A stretch of DNA of 64,000 nucleotides from a bacterium. Lineage in GTDB: Bacteria; Verrucomicrobiota; Kiritimatiellia; CAIKKV01; CAITUY01. Of the stretch, positions 61,100-64,000 are shown in pieces. A model generated the notes under the pieces. That model ran no database searches. It saw nothing but the letters and a program-made list of their open reading frames with translations, and was not told the DNA's origin. The stretch is taken from NCBI GenBank assembly GCA_037128595.1, contig JBAXWB010000016.1, positions 19,819 through 83,818 of the forward strand, written 5' to 3'. Each line of letters starts with the position of its first letter. The first letter of the stretch is position 1. Position numbers and translations under genes: made by a program.

Positions 61100-63118
61100 T
61101 CAGGCCGGTTGCGCGGCTCCGGCCATCGCCTTTTCAATCGCCTCACAGGCTTTTTTCAGCGTGCATTTATGGAGTACCTTGTCGTTCACACTGACCGTCG
61201 GCCCGCGGTCACAGTGTTCGAAACAGAACGTGGCTTCCACGTTCACGTCGCTCTTCAATTGGTTATCCTCGATGTGTTTGAGCACTGCCTGCAACAACTG
61301 CTGGGAGCCGCGCAGGTAGCAACTGGTGCCCACGCAGATCTGGACGCTGACCTTGGGAGTATCGCCCGCCTCGTTGAGCGTCACCCCTTCGGTGTCCATG
61401 CGCCGCCGGCTGTGGTAATGCGTGTGCAGCAATTCGTGCGCCTTGTGGCTGCCCGGTTCGCCGAGGGTGTCAGCGTAGGCCTGGGTCACCAGGTGGTTGT
61501 CCTGGGACTTGTGCAACTCCAGCATCTTGTCCGCATCATAGAGACCGCGGGTCCGCTTGCGGCGGTGGAGCGGGTCACGCGAGACCGGCTGTCCGGCCCC
61601 GCCCACGCAACCGCCGGGGCAGGCCATGACTTCGATGAAGCTGGCATCGCTGGTGCCGGCACGGACCTCCTCGGCCACGGCGCGGGCGGCCTTGAGTCCG
61701 TTGACGATGATGAGCTTGAGCGGCTTTCCGCCCAGGGTCACGGTCACCTCGCGACGGCTTTCGTCGCCGCGTGCTTCGATGAAGTCAGGATTGTCCAGCT
61801 TGACGCCACTGACCTTTTCCGCGGCATACCGCAGGACGGCTTCACTGACGCCGCCCGCGTTGCCGAAGATCACGCCGGCCCCGGTCTTGAAGCCCATGGG
61901 CATGTCCATGGACGCCGGTTCGAGCTTGTCGAACTGGATACCCGACTGTTCGATCATGTGGGCCAGTTCCTGGGTGGTGATCACGTAATCCACATCCGGG
62001 ACCTTGTCGACCGCGAATTCGGGGCGACGGGCTTCGAACTTTTTGGCCGTGCAGGGCATGATCGAGACCATAATCAGGTCCTTGCGATCCACACCGAGCT
62101 GTGCGGGCAGGTTGTTCTTGGCCATTGAACCCAGCATCTGCTGGGGCGAGCGGCAGCTGGAGAGGTTGGGCAGCAGGTCCGGGTAGTATTGTTCCGCAAA
62201 CTTGACCCAGCTCGGGCAGCAGGATGTGAAGAGGGGCAGGGGGGCCGCACCGGTGGTGCGGCGCAGGAACTCCTCGGTCTCCTCCACGATGGTCAGATCC
62301 GCGCTGAACGAGGTGTCGTACACTTTCGCAAAGCCCATGGCGCGCAGCGCCGCCACCATCTGGCCGGTGCTCAGCATGCCGGGCTCCTTGCCGAAGAGTT
62401 CGCCAATGGCCACGCGTACGGCCGGGGCGATCTGGGCGACCACCTTTTTCTTCGGGTTGTCCAGTTCCTTCCAGACGTCATCAACCTCGGATTTGGGCCG
62501 CAAGGCACCGGTCGGGCAGATGGCGGCGCACTGGCCGCAATTGACGCATTCGACCTCTTCCAGGTTTTTGCCGAAGGCCGGGACCACGGCGGCCTTGCTG
62601 CCGCGATGCACGAAGTCGATGGCGCCGATCCCTTGGATTTCGGAACAGACCCGCACGCAGTCTCCGCAGAGGATGCACTTGGAGGGTTCGCGAACCAGCG
62701 AGGGGGAACTGCAGTCGATGGGTTCCAGCCGGGCGGTGGGTTTAAAGCGCACCTTCTCGATACCGAGGCGGCGGGCCAGGCTCTGGAGCTGGCAGGACGC
62801 GCTTTTGGCACAGGTGGGACAGCTGTTGTTGTGGTTGGCCAGCAGGAGCTCCACGGAGATCTTGCGGATCTCGCGGATCTCCTCGGTGGTGGTCTTCACC
62901 TTCATGCCCGGCTCGGGCGGAGTGGAACAGGCCGGCTGGATCCCGCGGCCTTCGACCTGCACCAGGCAGAGACGGCAGGCGCCGTAGACGCTCAGGTCCG
63001 AGTGGTAACAGAAGGTGGGCAGGTCGATGTCGGCCTTGCGCACCAGTTCCAGCAGGTTGCGTTCATTTTCAATCCGGACTTTCCGTCCGTCAATGGTCAG
63101 TGTATTGGCATCATTCAT
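61100..63118 (-). CDS. hydA: [FeFe]-hydrogenase catalytic subunit, group A3, with C-terminal thioredoxin-like [2Fe-2S] domain
   Basis: FTSCCP, MPCTAKKFE, EVMACPGGCVGG; N-terminal 2Fe-2S, His-ligated and 2x4Fe-4S motifs; C-terminal ICVGTSC...FCFEHC. Confidence 0.93.
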   Translation of the reverse strand: MNDANTLTIDGRKVRIENERNLLELVRKADIDLPTFCYHSDLSVYGACRLCLVQVEGRGIQPACSTPPEPGMKVKTTTEEIREIRKISVELLLANHNNSCPTCAKSASCQLQSLARRLGIEKVRFKPTARLEPIDCSSPSLVREPSKCILCGDCVRVCSEIQGIGAIDFVHRGSKAAVVPAFGKNLEEVECVNCGQCAAICPTGALRPKSEVDDVWKELDNPKKKVVAQIAPAVRVAIGELFGKEPGMLSTGQMVAALRAMGFAKVYDTSFSADLTIVEETEEFLRRTTGAAPLPLFTSCCPSWVKFAEQYYPDLLPNLSSCRSPQQMLGSMAKNNLPAQLGVDRKDLIMVSIMPCTAKKFEARRPEFAVDKVPDVDYVITTQELAHMIEQSGIQFDKLEPASMDMPMGFKTGAGVIFGNAGGVSEAVLRYAAEKVSGVKLDNPDFIEARGDESRREVTVTLGGKPLKLIIVNGLKAARAVAEEVRAGTSDASFIEVMACPGGCVGGAGQPVSRDPLHRRKRTRGLYDADKMLELHKSQDNHLVTQAYADTLGEPGSHKAHELLHTHYHSRRRMDTEGVTLNEAGDTPKVSVQICVGTSCYLRGSQQLLQAVLKHIEDNQLKSDVNVEATFCFEHCDRGPTVSVNDKVLHKCTLKKACEAIEKAMAGAAQPA

Positions 63119-63122
63119 GATT

Positions 63123-64000
63123 TCAGACTCCCGTGATGGCGTTGAATTTACAGGTTTGCGCACAGACTCCGCACTTGATGCAGAGTTCGGCATTAATCGT
63201 ATGCGGTTGCTTGCGTTCGCCGGTGATGGCGTTCACCGGGCATTTCTTGACGCAGGCGGTGCACCCCTTGCAGAGCGCGGCAATGATCTCCGGGCGGGCG
63301 AGTGCCTTGCATTCGCCGGCCGGACAGCTTTTGCCATGCACATGGGCTTCGTACTCGGCGCGGAAGTGGCGCAGGGTCGAGAGCACGGGACTCGGGGCGG
63401 TCTTGCCCAGTCCGCAGAGCGACCCTTTCTGAACGGCATTGGCCAGCTTCTCCAGCAACTCGAGCGTGCCGGCATCGGCCCGGCCCTCGGTAATATCGTC
63501 CAGCATCCCGAGCATCTGGCGCGTCCCTTCACGGCACAGCACACATTTGCCGCAGGACTCGTTCTGGGTGAACTGCATGAAGAACCGCGCGATACGGACC
63601 ATGCAGGTCTTCTGGTTCATTACCACCAGCCCGCCGGAACCGATCATGGCGCCCACGCTCTTGAGTGAGTCGAAATCCATGGGCAGGTCCAGATGGTCAC
63701 GGGTGAGGCAGCCGCCCGAGGGGCCCCCGATCTGCACGGCCTTGAACCCCTGCGGATCCGGGGTGCCATCCAGGTGGGTGACGCCGCCGCCGATGTTGAA
63801 GATGATCTCGCGTAGCGTGCTGCCGAACGGCACCTCAATCAGTCCCGTGTTGGCGACATGCCCGGTGAGGGCAAAGGTCTTGGTCCCCGGTGAACCGGCG
63901 GTACCGAGCTTCCGGTACTCCGCGGCTCCCGCGGCGAGCACGAGCGGTACCGTGGCCAGGGTCTCCACGTTGTTGATGACGGTCGGTTTACCCCATAACC
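63123..64000 (-). CDS. hydB: NuoF-like NADH/FMN subunit of bifurcating hydrogenase, 5' part outside the window
   Basis: INNVETLA, GTKTFAL, QIGGPSGGC, ESCGKCVLCREG, SLCGLGKTAP, two C-terminal 4Fe-4S motifs. Confidence 0.9.
   Translation of the reverse strand, partial: LWGKPTVINNVETLATVPLVLAAGAAEYRKLGTAGSPGTKTFALTGHVANTGLIEVPFGSTLREIIFNIGGGVTHLDGTPDPQGFKAVQIGGPSGGCLTRDHLDLPMDFDSLKSVGAMIGSGGLVVMNQKTCMVRIARFFMQFTQNESCGKCVLCREGTRQMLGMLDDITEGRADAGTLELLEKLANAVQKGSLCGLGKTAPSPVLSTLRHFRAEYEAHVHGKSCPAGECKALARPEIIAALCKGCTACVKKCPVNAITGERKQPHTINAELCIKCGVCAQTCKFNAITGV

Overview
GC-rich (roughly 60%) chromosomal window, probably from an anaerobic PVC-superphylum bacterium (inferred from DUF1549/DUF1553/DUF1501 genes, type III glutamine synthetase and [FeFe]-hydrogenases). 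Left to right: a TauE-like exporter divergent from a sigma-54-type promoter driving glnA(III)-gltB-gltD; rsmH; a HipBA-type toxin-antitoxin pair; B12 radical SAM/AraC/URO-D-like genes; an EF-G paralog with altered G motifs, PflX-like radical SAM, yebC-ruvC-ruvA; rubrerythrin; an ECF sigma operon; a DUF1549/1553-DUF1501-PPC-RidA-like-PQQ-propeller operon; a Y1/HUH transposase-like element; envelope-modification genes (two ArnT-like, WaaL-like, SxtJ/I/K-like carbamoyltransferase triad, GT2, PAP2, LptF/G); ddl-ftsQ, dnaG, cvpA, birA, bioD, hppA; thioferritin; and the 3' part of a bifurcating plus sensory [FeFe]-hydrogenase cluster. The most striking observation is a tandem double-Y1 protein (33040-33855) whose halves have lost complementary catalytic parts (N half keeps YxxxQ but not HUH; C half keeps HUH but not YxxxQ), flanked on both sides by arrays of GCAAG/ACAAG-loop hairpins. 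Also notable: a dispersed REP-like family in two versions with fully compensated stems, an identically spaced ECF-type promoter pair, and small genes missed by the ORF track (a 58-aa six-cysteine protein and a 54-aa SxtK/DUF5989-like protein). No tRNA, rRNA or CRISPR array was recognised. All assignments come from motif recognition by eye, not database searches.
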